Source: a virus
Lineage: Duplodnaviria > Caudoviricetes
Length of the DNA: 26,116 bases
IMG/VR virus record: IMGVR_UViG_3300044840_000036
Location: 1 to 26,116 of that record
Strand: one strand, 5' to 3'
Part shown: one piece after another, positions 1 through 8,650 of the stretch
How positions within the stretch are numbered: the stretch's first letter is position 1
How the letters are laid out: each line of letters starts with the position of its first letter
Notes under the pieces: generated by a model
What the model was told of the DNA's origin: nothing
Seen by the model: only the letters and a program-made list of their open reading frames with translations
Databases searched by the model: none
Translations under genes and position numbers: made by a program

Positions 1-1138
1 CGACCTGGATCGAGCCGGGAGCGGATGCGGCGGGCTGTTGCGTGCCGGGCTGTTCCGGCGGCCCGTCCGGATGGCCGAACGACGCCTGCAACGCCCTGGG
101 CCCGCCCTGGCTGAACTTGGAATAATAGTCGCTGAGGCGGGTGCCGTTGGCGTCCGCCGGATCATACAGGCCGCCCGAGCTGACGAAGCGCTGCATCCCG
201 GCCACGCCGCCGAGATGCGCCACCGCGCGTAACCCGTTGGGATTGAGCCTGTCGGCGCCCGGCATCTGCGCGATCGCGGCATCGATGTCAGCGACGTGGG
301 TCGCGAACACCGCCTTTTGCGCGTCCGGGCTGGCGAGAAACTGCGCGTGCGTCTTCACGTCCGGAAAGCCGGGGATAGCGAAGCTGCCCTGCCACGGCCT
401 GGCGTTGTCCGCCGCCGCCAAACTCTCACCCGGCGCTGGCACGTAAACCCCGACACCGGGATCCGCGAGCCGCCCCTTGCCGAACTGAAATTGCCCGGAG
501 TAACCCCCCGCGTTGACGGCTCCGGGACCGGGCGCCTCAGCGGCACCCATCTGACCGGCGAAGCCAGCCGTCGGCGCCGCTGCCCCTCCCTGCCCCTGGA
601 CGGCACCACCAGGTCCAACGCGGGGGCCAGGAGGCGCCGACAGCGGTGTGCGATAGGGATCGGCGGTCGGTTGGGTGCCAAGTGCTGTAATCTGATCCTG
701 CGTGCTGAGTGCGGCGTTGCGATGCGCCGCAACGGCATCGTCGCCCGGGTAGTCAACCGGGGTGTCCTTGGCGCCGGCCTGGACCATCAGCGGCTGCAGC
801 TGTTTCCACAAAGCCGCGCGTTGCTCTGCCGGCACCTGAAGGACGGCGCCGGAAATCTGCCCGGTGACCGACAACGTCTGGCCCAGCGCGGCCCGCTGGT
901 CGGCATGCATAGAGGATAGGCCGGATGCCGCGGCATCGCCGCCAACCCCCGGAAGGGTGAGCGCGGTCGCGGTGGCGTTCGGATCGTTCGCCGCCAGGCC
1001 AGGGGCGAGTCCGCGCAAGGTGGCTCGATCGGCTAGGGTTTGCTGCGCCGCGGCGTTCGCGTTGGAGGCTTTTTGCGAATCATAGAACGCGGCCAGCCCG
1101 TTGATCGGCGTGGGGGTGTCGAATTCGAATGACGGCAT
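1..1138 (-). CDS. DNA-ejection/internal virion protein with lysozyme-like (lytic transglycosylase-type) domain, 3' partial
   Basis: Not in the ORF track because it runs off the left edge. ATG at 1138 after GGAGG. My translation MPSFEFDTPTPINGLAAFYDSQ... contains AAEAPGPGAVNAGGYSGQFQFGKGRL, FLASPDAQKAVF and AVAHLGGVAGMQRF...DANGTRLSDY. Follows the gp7-like gene. Confidence 0.75.
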   Translation of the reverse strand, partial: MPSFEFDTPTPINGLAAFYDSQKASNANAAAQQTLADRATLRGLAPGLAANDPNATATALTLPGVGGDAAASGLSSMHADQRAALGQTLSVTGQISGAVLQVPAEQRAALWKQLQPLMVQAGAKDTPVDYPGDDAVAAHRNAALSTQDQITALGTQPTADPYRTPLSAPPGPRVGPGGAVQGQGGAAAPTAGFAGQMGAAEAPGPGAVNAGGYSGQFQFGKGRLADPGVGVYVPAPGESLAAADNARPWQGSFAIPGFPDVKTHAQFLASPDAQKAVFATHVADIDAAIAQMPGADRLNPNGLRAVAHLGGVAGMQRFVSSGGLYDPADANGTRLSDYYSKFSQGGPRALQASFGHPDGPPEQPGTQQPAASAPGSIQV

Positions 1139-1164
1139 GGGCTACAAACCTCCCCGGCAAGCCA

Positions 1165-1743
1165 TTAGAAGCTGCCCTGGTCGATGTTGCCGGAACTACC
1201 GGAACTAAACAGCGACGACATGGAGTTGCTACCAAAGGCACCGCTGATCGCGTCGGTGATGCCCTTGCCCTCGGCGCCGGTGATCTTGGCTTGCGCACCG
1301 GCCGCACTGGTGTCGGTGCTGGCCTGACCGGACGCCGCGTTCGCGCCCACTGTCGACAGGGTGTTCAGCCGGGTCATGTAGTTGCCAAAGTCCTGGTTGG
1401 CGAGGTTCGATCCCAGCGTCTGCTCCGCCCTCAGGGTCGAGCCCGACACCAATGTCCCGCGCGAAGCGGCGCCGGCATCGACCGCTCGCAGACCTTCGGA
1501 GACCTGATAGCCGTAGCCAGGGGAAGCCTGAAACGACTTCACAGCCGTATCGGCCGCGGGTTGGCCGTTCAGCCCGAGCAGGTCGGCCTGTTGGGTGTTC
1601 GCGCCCGTCCCCGTCGTGACCCAAGGCTGGACTCTGGCGTTGGCCTGCTGCTGACCTTTCGAGATCGCATCGCTCTGGCTGTTCGCGGTGATCGCCGACC
1701 CGGCGACGCTGACCGCGGCGGCGGCGGCAACTGCCCACGGCAT
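1165..1743 (-). CDS. DNA transfer/ejection protein (P22 gp7-like)
   Basis: Ala/Gly/Ser-rich N-terminus MPWAVAAAAAVSVAGSAI, plus motifs LLGLNG, FQASPGY, RGTLVSGSTL and QDFGNYMTRL typical of podophage ejection proteins. Position after the tail genes fits. Confidence 0.8.
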   Translation of the reverse strand: MPWAVAAAAAVSVAGSAITANSQSDAISKGQQQANARVQPWVTTGTGANTQQADLLGLNGQPAADTAVKSFQASPGYGYQVSEGLRAVDAGAASRGTLVSGSTLRAEQTLGSNLANQDFGNYMTRLNTLSTVGANAASGQASTDTSAAGAQAKITGAEGKGITDAISGAFGSNSMSSLFSSGSSGNIDQGSF

Positions 1744-2088
1744 CTATGCATCCTCCAGATCGATATGGTGCGCTTCGTGAATCCTCGGCTCGCCGGTCTC
1801 ATCCACGCGATGCACACACAGAATGGCCGTCAGCGGCTCCAGCGCCAGGAACATATGCTTCGTTCGCGCCTTGATGACGATGCCGGCCGGCGCGCGATAT
1901 TCGCCGAGCAGCTCGCCGTCGGCCCAGGCCCGAACCGCCCCGGAGGCAACCACACTGAGGTGGGCGGTTTCGTGACTATGCTGTGGTATATACGTGCCGG
2001 CAGCGAAGATCGCATGCTTCACGAACAGTCCTTCGCATAGGTGAATATTGGTCTCGACCGGCTGCTCATCGAGTTGGCGGTACTTCAT
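1744..2088 (-). CDS. Cupin-domain protein
   Basis: AGTYIPQHSHETAHLSVVASGAV...KHMF cupin metal-binding pattern. Start set to ATG 2088 (ATGA overlap with the upstream stop); the track starts at 2097. Confidence 0.8.
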   Translation of the reverse strand: MKYRQLDEQPVETNIHLCEGLFVKHAIFAAGTYIPQHSHETAHLSVVASGAVRAWADGELLGEYRAPAGIVIKARTKHMFLALEPLTAILCVHRVDETGEPRIHEAHHIDLEDA

Positions 2089-2636
2089 GGTTCGCACCTC
2101 ATGCTGATAATGCAGACGATCCGGTCACGGTCGCCATTGTTCAGGACACTATGCGGGCGCAAGTTGTCGAAAGTGAAAATGTCACCTTGCACCATGGTAA
2201 CAACCTCCCCGTCGCAAGTGCTTTCCGAAGAACCGGCCAGCGTCACATGCACCTTCGTGTTGTAGAATTCAGGCGCCCAGCTGCCCTTGTCCGAATGCAG
2301 CCGCACCTCGCCACCCAGCGGAATTCGAGTGATCAGGATCGACCCGAGTTCGACGGCGGACACCCTGGTCATCAGACCGAACACCAGCGGCCGAAGCGAC
2401 GGCAGTTCGCGCCACGCCGGCCAGAACACGTTGCGGTGCTGCTCGGCGAACGAACGCAGGTCCTTGATTTCAGCAGCTGGACGGTAGCGCACCCAAACCG
2501 AGTTGGTGTCCGCGTGCGGGGTGCCGGGATAGCTCTGCCGATGGGTGTTTTCATCCCAGAGGCCGGGCGAGCGGTGCAGCTCCAGCATGATGGGGGTCAC
2601 ATCGAAACCTGATGCCAGCTTCAGGAAATTGCGCAT
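2085..2636 (-). CDS. Aspartyl/asparaginyl beta-hydroxylase-family 2OG-Fe(II) oxygenase
   Basis: ITRIPLGGEVRLHSD (HxD), KVHVTL, FTFDNLRPHSVLNNGDRDRIV (distal His and 2OG-binding Arg). Confidence 0.85.
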   Translation of the reverse strand: MRNFLKLASGFDVTPIMLELHRSPGLWDENTHRQSYPGTPHADTNSVWVRYRPAAEIKDLRSFAEQHRNVFWPAWRELPSLRPLVFGLMTRVSAVELGSILITRIPLGGEVRLHSDKGSWAPEFYNTKVHVTLAGSSESTCDGEVVTMVQGDIFTFDNLRPHSVLNNGDRDRIVCIISMRCEP

Positions 2637-2887
2637 CAGACGAGGCGCGCCCGAATTATCGTGCCGTCGAAGTACAACCCCCCAAGCACCACACCCCCGG
2701 CCGCCGCCGCCGCGTCATTGGCGTAAATCACCTTCGGCCCCGACGTGGCCCAGGACGGCACCAAACGCTGCAACTGATCCGCGGCATCCTGGAACCACCG
2801 CGCCCAGGCCCCGGAGACCACGCGCGTGTCGCCCAGCAGCATCGGCTGTCCCGTCGGCACCTGGTGGCTGCGGTTGATGATCGCCAT
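2636..2887 (-). CDS. Small tail protein in the P22 gp26 (needle) position
   Basis: Likely true start ATG 2887 (TGATG overlap with the gp10-like stop), giving 83 aa MAIINRSHQ...WARWFQ...YANDAAAAAGGVVLGGLY. The track's 3307 start overlaps gp10. Function inferred from position. Confidence 0.6.
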   Translation of the reverse strand: MAIINRSHQVPTGQPMLLGDTRVVSGAWARWFQDAADQLQRLVPSWATSGPKVIYANDAAAAAGGVVLGGLYFDGTIIRARLV

Positions 2888-4383
2888 CAGGCGGCCCTGG
2901 GGGGAATGTCGCAGTCGACGCCGTATATCGTCGGATTGCCGGCCGCCGTCTGCAGTCTCAGGTTCCGGGTGTAGAACGAGCCCAGCCGCGTCGTCGCAAC
3001 CCGTGTCCTGGTCGCCCCCGGCGCTCCAGTGCTCAGCACCCTTGCCGGCGTGCGGTAGGTTTCCCCACCATCGTCGGACCAGTCGACGCTGATCGAGCCC
3101 CCATCGACGCCGACGCTCATCTCGATCTCCAGCCGGTTCATGAACGTGCGCGGGCCGTGCCCGACCAGCGCCGGAAGTGCTGCCCGTCTTGCCATCGCGA
3201 CGCCGTTCTCCAGCGGATTGGATGAGTCCATGTGGTATAAATTGCCATTGGTCCGGTCGCCACATATCACCCTGGCGTCGAGGTGCGTCGCGGTATTGAC
3301 CAGCCAAACCCCGCCGTCGGTCGAGCGCTGGTGCCAGAGCTTGGTGTCGCAGTCGTAAACAAAGCTGACCCCGGCCACCGGCAGGGAAAGACTGTAGAAT
3401 TTATGCCCCTCGTAAGAAAACCCGCAGGCCTTAATCGCCCGCAGATAGCCGCCGTTGTAGCGCGACAGCTGCTCTTCCAAAGCGGGCGAGCTGATCTTGA
3501 CCGCGCCGCCGCCCCTGATTTGATACACGCAGCCATCGTTGCTCAGAAAGATCATCGAGTTGTCGACTTCAACGATCGACCGCGGCGAGCCTAGCCCATA
3601 AGGCACCTGGGTGCCGGGCATCGGGGCGAACGGGAAGGTCGGATCGCCGGTGTCGTACCAGGGTTGCGCGGCGTTCTGGCCGAACATCCAAAGCTGGCTG
3701 TTGTGAACAAAGAGGAAGTCCACATAGTCGGCATAAGCTGAGATTTGCGCGAACGCCAGCGCGGTAAAGTGCGTGGGGTCCAGCAGGTTGGAGACAAAAA
3801 CCTGCTCGCCAGTGAACGAACAGAACACGTAGTAACCATCCATGTAGGCCACAGACGAAGCGCCGATCGCCGGATAGTTGTTCACACCCGGAATAAGTTG
3901 GGTCATGCCAAGTGAGATTTTGTCGAGCACAAAGACTTCCGGCGGCACGCAGAACAGTACATGGCCCAGGCCGACCGCGATCGAGACGCCATTGTAATCG
4001 GCCGGCTTGATCCCGGCAGCGGGGGTGCCGATAAAACCCAGATCGAACGCCCCGCCGAGATCCTCGCGGCGGTTGTAGGCGTGGTTGCCCGAGATCGCCC
4101 AGTACTGCCCGGTGCGCTGATGTGATCCGGCGACCGGCGAGGTCAGCGCCTCAAGCGCCAAAATCGGCCCGGTGCCGAGCGTATCGAACAGAGTAAGGCC
4201 TGGTGTGGGTTTGAGGATGAACGGCGAGCGGCCGCCGGGGGGGAGTTTTTCGGCGAAGAAGTTGAGCAGTTGTTCGCTTGAGCCGGTGCTGATGAGTTCG
4301 TACGACTCCGACGCCAGCGAGACCGGGTGCAATCCGGTCTTCGGCGCGAGCGCGGTCTGCAGCGCGGAGAGGGTCTCGGACAT
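2887..4383 (-). CDS. Packaged-DNA stabilization/tail hub protein (P22 gp10-like)
   Basis: 498 aa, beta-rich, with LKPTPGL, AYMDGYYVF, YEGHKFYSL, FVYDCDTKLWHQRS and WSDDGGETY...TRLGSF motifs of the gp10 family. Confidence 0.88.
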   Translation of the reverse strand: MSETLSALQTALAPKTGLHPVSLASESYELISTGSSEQLLNFFAEKLPPGGRSPFILKPTPGLTLFDTLGTGPILALEALTSPVAGSHQRTGQYWAISGNHAYNRREDLGGAFDLGFIGTPAAGIKPADYNGVSIAVGLGHVLFCVPPEVFVLDKISLGMTQLIPGVNNYPAIGASSVAYMDGYYVFCSFTGEQVFVSNLLDPTHFTALAFAQISAYADYVDFLFVHNSQLWMFGQNAAQPWYDTGDPTFPFAPMPGTQVPYGLGSPRSIVEVDNSMIFLSNDGCVYQIRGGGAVKISSPALEEQLSRYNGGYLRAIKACGFSYEGHKFYSLSLPVAGVSFVYDCDTKLWHQRSTDGGVWLVNTATHLDARVICGDRTNGNLYHMDSSNPLENGVAMARRAALPALVGHGPRTFMNRLEIEMSVGVDGGSISVDWSDDGGETYRTPARVLSTGAPGATRTRVATTRLGSFYTRNLRLQTAAGNPTIYGVDCDIPPRAA

Positions 4384-4631
4384 TACGGTGTTGCGGGCTT
4401 GTCAGCGCCGGGTTGCGGTGGGGATGGTTTCGCCGCTTCCGCCGCGCGAAGTTTAGTTTCAGCAGTAATCAGTTGCGCGCGCAGCGATGCTTCCCGCTGG
4501 GCGGCTTCGATTACCATCTGCCCAAGCGCGGCTTGCTCCGGGGAGGATTGTTGCTGTGGTTGCTGCGGTGTGGGCTGCGCCAGGGCGGCGACGGGGGCGA
4601 GCAGGGCGGCTGCGATGAGGATGCGGATCAT
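4383..4631 (-). CDS. Small coiled-coil protein with predicted signal peptide
   Basis: MIRILIAAALLAPVAALA|QPT then a helical segment. Start and stop overlap the neighbouring genes (ATGA, TAATG). Confidence 0.7.
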   Translation of the reverse strand: MIRILIAAALLAPVAALAQPTPQQPQQQSSPEQAALGQMVIEAAQREASLRAQLITAETKLRAAEAAKPSPPQPGADKPATP

Positions 4632-6328
4632 GGCGCTATCAGTCCGAGTGAGGTGAGGGCGGCGTGAATGCCGGCCGCGGTGACGGCAACGCCGGTGGGT
4701 TTGACGATCGGCGTGCTCCCGTTGAAGCCGAGCTTGCCGGCGGCGGTGGGCTGGACCGCCAGCGCGTTCGGCTGCGTCCAGGTCAGGTTGATCTGCACGG
4801 TTCCGACGGTATTCCCGGCGTTGGCCAGAGCGTCGGTCAATGAGATCGGATTGGCTGGCGGCGTAGCCGAGTTGAAGGCCGGCTGGCGCAGCACAGTCAA
4901 CTGCGTGACAACCCCCGCCGCCGCCCCGGTAATGCTGTATATGCCGCCATTCGGGCCATACATTACCGTATTCGTGACCCGTCCGGAGGTGCCGCCGCTG
5001 ACCAACGCCGCGCCGCTGATGGTGGCGCCCTCGGCCGGGCCGAGGCTCCCCGTCGTGTCCAGGCTGGCGCCGCCCGCTGTAGCGGCCAGGTAGCCGTTGC
5101 CCACGTGGATGGTGCCGGCGCCATCGATCCCCATGCCGCGCGACCTGAACGCGTTGCCGGTAAAGAGTGGTTCCAGGTTGATGCCGTTCGCCATCGTGTT
5201 GAGCGTCGCGTAGTCCTGCGGCATCGGCGCATTGAACAGCGTGCCATCCGTGGCATAGGGAAAGTTGGCGTTCGGCTGGATCGCCAGGAAGCCATTATGC
5301 CAGCCGTTGGTTGCCGAGGTGCCGCCGTTTTCAATAACGAAAGCGCCGTCCAGCACGCCCTGAGCTACGTCGGTCGGGAGTTGCGTTACTTTGGCGCCGA
5401 ATTTCTTGTAGGACGCGGCTGCGGTGTTGAGATCGAACTCCCAGTTCGTCACCTCATGGAAATTGGTCGCGGTGGACAGGGTGCGGATGATCGAGCCGCC
5501 GGCATACATCTGACCGTAGGAACCCGCCTGCCCGGTGGATGTGCCGCCTTCCGTGGCGTTGGCCTGGAAGGCGATGTTGGCCGATTGATAGAACGGGCCG
5601 CCGGGCACCACGCCGGACGCAAGGTTGCCGGACTGTGCGGTCTGTGTGGCCTTGACGTTCAACAGGTTCCGGTTGCCTGTCATGGCAGCGCCGCCGAAGT
5701 TGTAGCGGTAGTCGAGGAAGTTGACGAAGTTGGCGGCCGGACTGGCGATGGCGAGGGTATCGCCGCCTGAATTGTTTATCGAGAATATTGCCGGGCTGAG
5801 TGTGGTTGTGCTGCCGGATAAATTAACGGTCCAGGTGGATAATGGACCTAACGCCGCCGCGGCCGGGGCGAGCCCTTTCGATATGTTGACACCATTGTTT
5901 GACACCAGCGGGCCGCCGCCGACGACGTTGGTTCCGGTCGCGCCGCCGTTGAGTTGCAGGCCGGCGCCGTTGGTCGAGATGACGGCCGCCGCCGCGGTGC
6001 TCGCACCGGGGGTTAGCACTACCTGAGCATTGGCCCCGGACCCGACCGTCGCCGCCCCGGTCACCCCGAGCGTTCCGCCGATCGTCCCGTTGCCCGTCAC
6101 CCCAAGGGAGGACAGTCCGGATATCGATCCCCCGGTAATGGCGACCGCTGCCGGACCCTGGGTTGCCATCGAACCCAGCCCGAGGTTGGCCCGTGCGGTT
6201 GCCTGGGTGCCGTTACTGGCGATCTCCCCCAGCGCGTTCTGGATGCCGAGCGGGCCGGCCCGTTGCGGGGTTTGCGCCAGCGCTGGGATGGGGAGGAGGA
6301 GTCCCGCGATGAGCGCGAGGCGGATCAC
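4628..6328 (-). CDS. Tail fibre/spike-like protein with predicted signal peptide
   Basis: Likely start GTG 6328 (GTGA overlap), 566 aa: MIRLALIAGLLLPIPALA|QTP, fibre motif NALGEIA...ARANLGLGSMATQ, Gly/Thr/Ala/Asn-rich body, C-terminal KLGFNGSTP...ALTSLGLI. Confidence 0.75.
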   Translation of the reverse strand: MIRLALIAGLLLPIPALAQTPQRAGPLGIQNALGEIASNGTQATARANLGLGSMATQGPAAVAITGGSISGLSSLGVTGNGTIGGTLGVTGAATVGSGANAQVVLTPGASTAAAAVISTNGAGLQLNGGATGTNVVGGGPLVSNNGVNISKGLAPAAAALGPLSTWTVNLSGSTTTLSPAIFSINNSGGDTLAIASPAANFVNFLDYRYNFGGAAMTGNRNLLNVKATQTAQSGNLASGVVPGGPFYQSANIAFQANATEGGTSTGQAGSYGQMYAGGSIIRTLSTATNFHEVTNWEFDLNTAAASYKKFGAKVTQLPTDVAQGVLDGAFVIENGGTSATNGWHNGFLAIQPNANFPYATDGTLFNAPMPQDYATLNTMANGINLEPLFTGNAFRSRGMGIDGAGTIHVGNGYLAATAGGASLDTTGSLGPAEGATISGAALVSGGTSGRVTNTVMYGPNGGIYSITGAAAGVVTQLTVLRQPAFNSATPPANPISLTDALANAGNTVGTVQINLTWTQPNALAVQPTAAGKLGFNGSTPIVKPTGVAVTAAGIHAALTSLGLIAP

Positions 6329-7431
6329 GGTGTCACGGATCCGGTGAGGGTGCCGGCGGCGCGTATGTTGCCCGAGGCATCGACCGACCATTTGTTCACG
6401 CCGGCGACGGCATAGAACAGTTTCCCGCTGCCGCTGTCGAAAGTGAGAGTATTGCGCGGCGCGGCGGTGATCGTGGGGGGGCCGTTAAAATCGACCACGT
6501 GCCCCGCCGTCATGGTCACGGCGGAGACAGGGTTGGCGCTGCCGGCCGGGGTGATCGCGCCCCTGGTGTCGAGCGCGTTGCGGATCTGGGTGTTGGTGGT
6601 AAAACCGATCGCGCTTTGATAGTTGGTGAAGGCATCGGTCGGAAAGCCGGCGGTCAGGTTACCGGTCGAGAACCAAATCCCGTTGCTGATCTCGGTCTGC
6701 GTCGTATTGGCGTTGTTCCAGCGGAACGCCACCATATGAATGCCCTTGCGCACGCCGACGCCGCCGAATGTGTTGGCGTTGGTCGCATCGTCCGGCCCGT
6801 TGGCTTCAAGGTCGATCTCGGCGCTGGCCTGATTGGCGACGACGGCGGCCGACGTGCCGAGCCCGGTCTTGTCGATCGTGTCGCTGATCAGACCCCAGAT
6901 ATTGTCGGTCGCACCGGCGTTGCGGACCATCTGGAACTGCCCGGCGATGCCCTGCCCGCCAGCCGTGCCGCTGGTCGCCCCGGTCGCCGCGATCAAGGTG
7001 TTGGATGTTTTATCGCCGGCGCCATAGGTGCCGAGCAGACGGATGATGCTGTTGGTGTTGGCGAGTGATCCGCCGCTAAAGGCAGTCGTCCGGTTCATTT
7101 GCAGCGTGGCGAAATCGGTTGCTGTGGGCACCTGGTCTTCGATGATCAGGCGCGAGGTGGGATGCAGCCCAGGGAACCCGGACCCGTTGTGATTGATCCA
7201 TATCGGCGCCTGGCCGATCGCGGTGCCAAAGCCAGTGATCGGCCCGGTGCCGCCAAGCGTCAGCGAGCCCGTGATAACCGGGTTCGCCGCGTCCGCCTTA
7301 ACACCGAACGCTGCATTCAGCGCCGCCGAACCCAGCGGCGAGTTGGGCGCAAAGGTTGCCGGCGTCTGCCCCCACGCCACGAAGGGGAGCAGCCCAAGGC
7401 ACAGCGCCAGGAGCGCTTGTTTCAGGCGCAT
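6325..7431 (-). CDS. Tail fibre/spike-like protein with predicted signal peptide
   Basis: MRLKQALLALCLGLLPFVAWG|QTP, then FAPNSPLGSAALNAAFGVKAD (resembles fibre N-terminal attachment segments), beta-rich Thr/Gly/Asn body, C-terminal WSVDASGNIRAAG. GAGGA upstream. Confidence 0.7.
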   Translation of the reverse strand: MRLKQALLALCLGLLPFVAWGQTPATFAPNSPLGSAALNAAFGVKADAANPVITGSLTLGGTGPITGFGTAIGQAPIWINHNGSGFPGLHPTSRLIIEDQVPTATDFATLQMNRTTAFSGGSLANTNSIIRLLGTYGAGDKTSNTLIAATGATSGTAGGQGIAGQFQMVRNAGATDNIWGLISDTIDKTGLGTSAAVVANQASAEIDLEANGPDDATNANTFGGVGVRKGIHMVAFRWNNANTTQTEISNGIWFSTGNLTAGFPTDAFTNYQSAIGFTTNTQIRNALDTRGAITPAGSANPVSAVTMTAGHVVDFNGPPTITAAPRNTLTFDSGSGKLFYAVAGVNKWSVDASGNIRAAGTLTGSVTP

Positions 7432-7473
7432 CGTTGGGGGATCCTCGATCGAGGGGAAAGTCTCAGCCGCAGG

Positions 7474-8379
7474 CTAGGACGCGAACCAGTGAACCCCGTC
7501 CGCCGTGTCGAATGCCAGCCGCTGCCCAGGCGACAGGATCACCGCGACATTGACTGCCGCGGAGCCGATGAACCCGCCAGATGGCGGATATACGAACTTA
7601 TCCAATAGTGTGGCGTTCACGGCCTTAATCGTCCCGGCGAGCACGGTTGCTGGCAGGCACCCGCCGGCACCCGCTGCACCGCCGCCGAAAACATTGGTCA
7701 ACGCCCCGAACACCAAGGCGGAACCCTGGTCGACGCCGATCGCCACCAGCCCGGTATCGACCAGCCGGAACACCGTTCCAGGCGGCGTGACGATCGCCAC
7801 CCCGGTGGACGGCTGCCAGGGGAAACCGTCGGCGTCGACCGCAACCCCGGCATCATTCAGCAATCCCGCCAGCACGTCAGGGCCGTCCAGCAGCGACTGA
7901 TCCAGCGTGAACACCGCCGGCTGGGAGTGTCCGAGGGTGTTGGTGATCCCGCCGCGCATTTGCAGGATGCCCTCGACCTGGGTTGAGGTGCCATCCTGGA
8001 GGTCAAGTTCGAGCAGCAGCTTGTAGCGCCCGCGCAAGGTCTGCGTGGTCAACGGCGGCAGGTAGAAGTTCGTCTGCCCCGGCCACAGCGTTCCGGCAGA
8101 GTAGCCTGCCACGGTTTGGGCGGGGGTGCGGGGGATGGTGAACCAACCCCAGCCGTAGTCACAGCAGTAGCCATCTCCCCAGCCGGGACCGCCCCTTTCG
8201 TCGTAATACAGCGCCAGTTGCGACCTTGCGTTGTTGAGATCGACCAGGGTGCCGAGGTCGTCAGTGTAGCAGGTCAACGCCAGCTTGAGGTCGTCACCGG
8301 CCCGTAGCGAGCCGTTCCATTGCTGGACCCGCACCGGATTGCGTTGCTGGCGTGAGGTGGCGAGGTGAAAGGTGGACAT
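7474..8379 (-). CDS. Putative virion structural protein (beta-sandwich-like N-terminal domain plus small C-terminal beta domain)
   Basis: 301 aa. GDDLKLALTC...VDL...TTQTLRGRYKLLLEL resembles BppU/Ig-like adaptor domains. Start overlaps the upstream stop (TGATG). Confidence 0.55.
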   Translation of the reverse strand: MSTFHLATSRQQRNPVRVQQWNGSLRAGDDLKLALTCYTDDLGTLVDLNNARSQLALYYDERGGPGWGDGYCCDYGWGWFTIPRTPAQTVAGYSAGTLWPGQTNFYLPPLTTQTLRGRYKLLLELDLQDGTSTQVEGILQMRGGITNTLGHSQPAVFTLDQSLLDGPDVLAGLLNDAGVAVDADGFPWQPSTGVAIVTPPGTVFRLVDTGLVAIGVDQGSALVFGALTNVFGGGAAGAGGCLPATVLAGTIKAVNATLLDKFVYPPSGGFIGSAAVNVAVILSPGQRLAFDTADGVHWFAS

Positions 8380-8636
8380 CAGATGACCGGTGGATCGCCC
8401 GGTAACGTGGCCCGCGCCGGTTTGAACACGGCGCGATTGACGGCCATAAAACCGGTCTCGATGTGCGTGCGCCCGATCGCCAGCCAGCGCTTGTCGATTT
8501 CCAGGACGGTCGCCATCGCATCGAGCGCCCGGAGCACACCCTCCTCAATCGCCTTGTTGGCGTTCACCAGGTCCACTGCGGCCGCTGATTGCGGGCGGTA
8601 GCCTTGGACGGGCAGTCCCGTATGTTCATCCGGCAT
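8379..8636 (-). CDS. acb2: Acb2/Tad1-family cyclic-nucleotide sponge (anti-CBASS)
   Basis: 85 aa with GYRPQS...VNANK...DKRWLAIGRTHIETGFMAVNRAVFKP, matching the Acb2 pattern GYR..S...N..K...D.RW..I..T..Q.G.M...RAV..P. GGAGGA RBS upstream. Confidence 0.8.
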   Translation of the reverse strand: MPDEHTGLPVQGYRPQSAAAVDLVNANKAIEEGVLRALDAMATVLEIDKRWLAIGRTHIETGFMAVNRAVFKPARATLPGDPPVI

Positions 8637-8650
8637 CGAATCCTCCGTTG

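Noticed and set aside
2888-3307. Track N-terminal extension of the 2636..3307 ORF (also 6329..6391, 11273..11398, 15309..15386, 17464..17778, 21900..22016)
   Set aside because: The extensions overlap neighbouring genes; internal starts with an RBS or stop/start overlap fit better.
4383-4631. Possible spanin or holin call for the small exported protein
   Set aside because: No lipobox Cys, and no endolysin or holin nearby; no lysis cassette is visible in the window.
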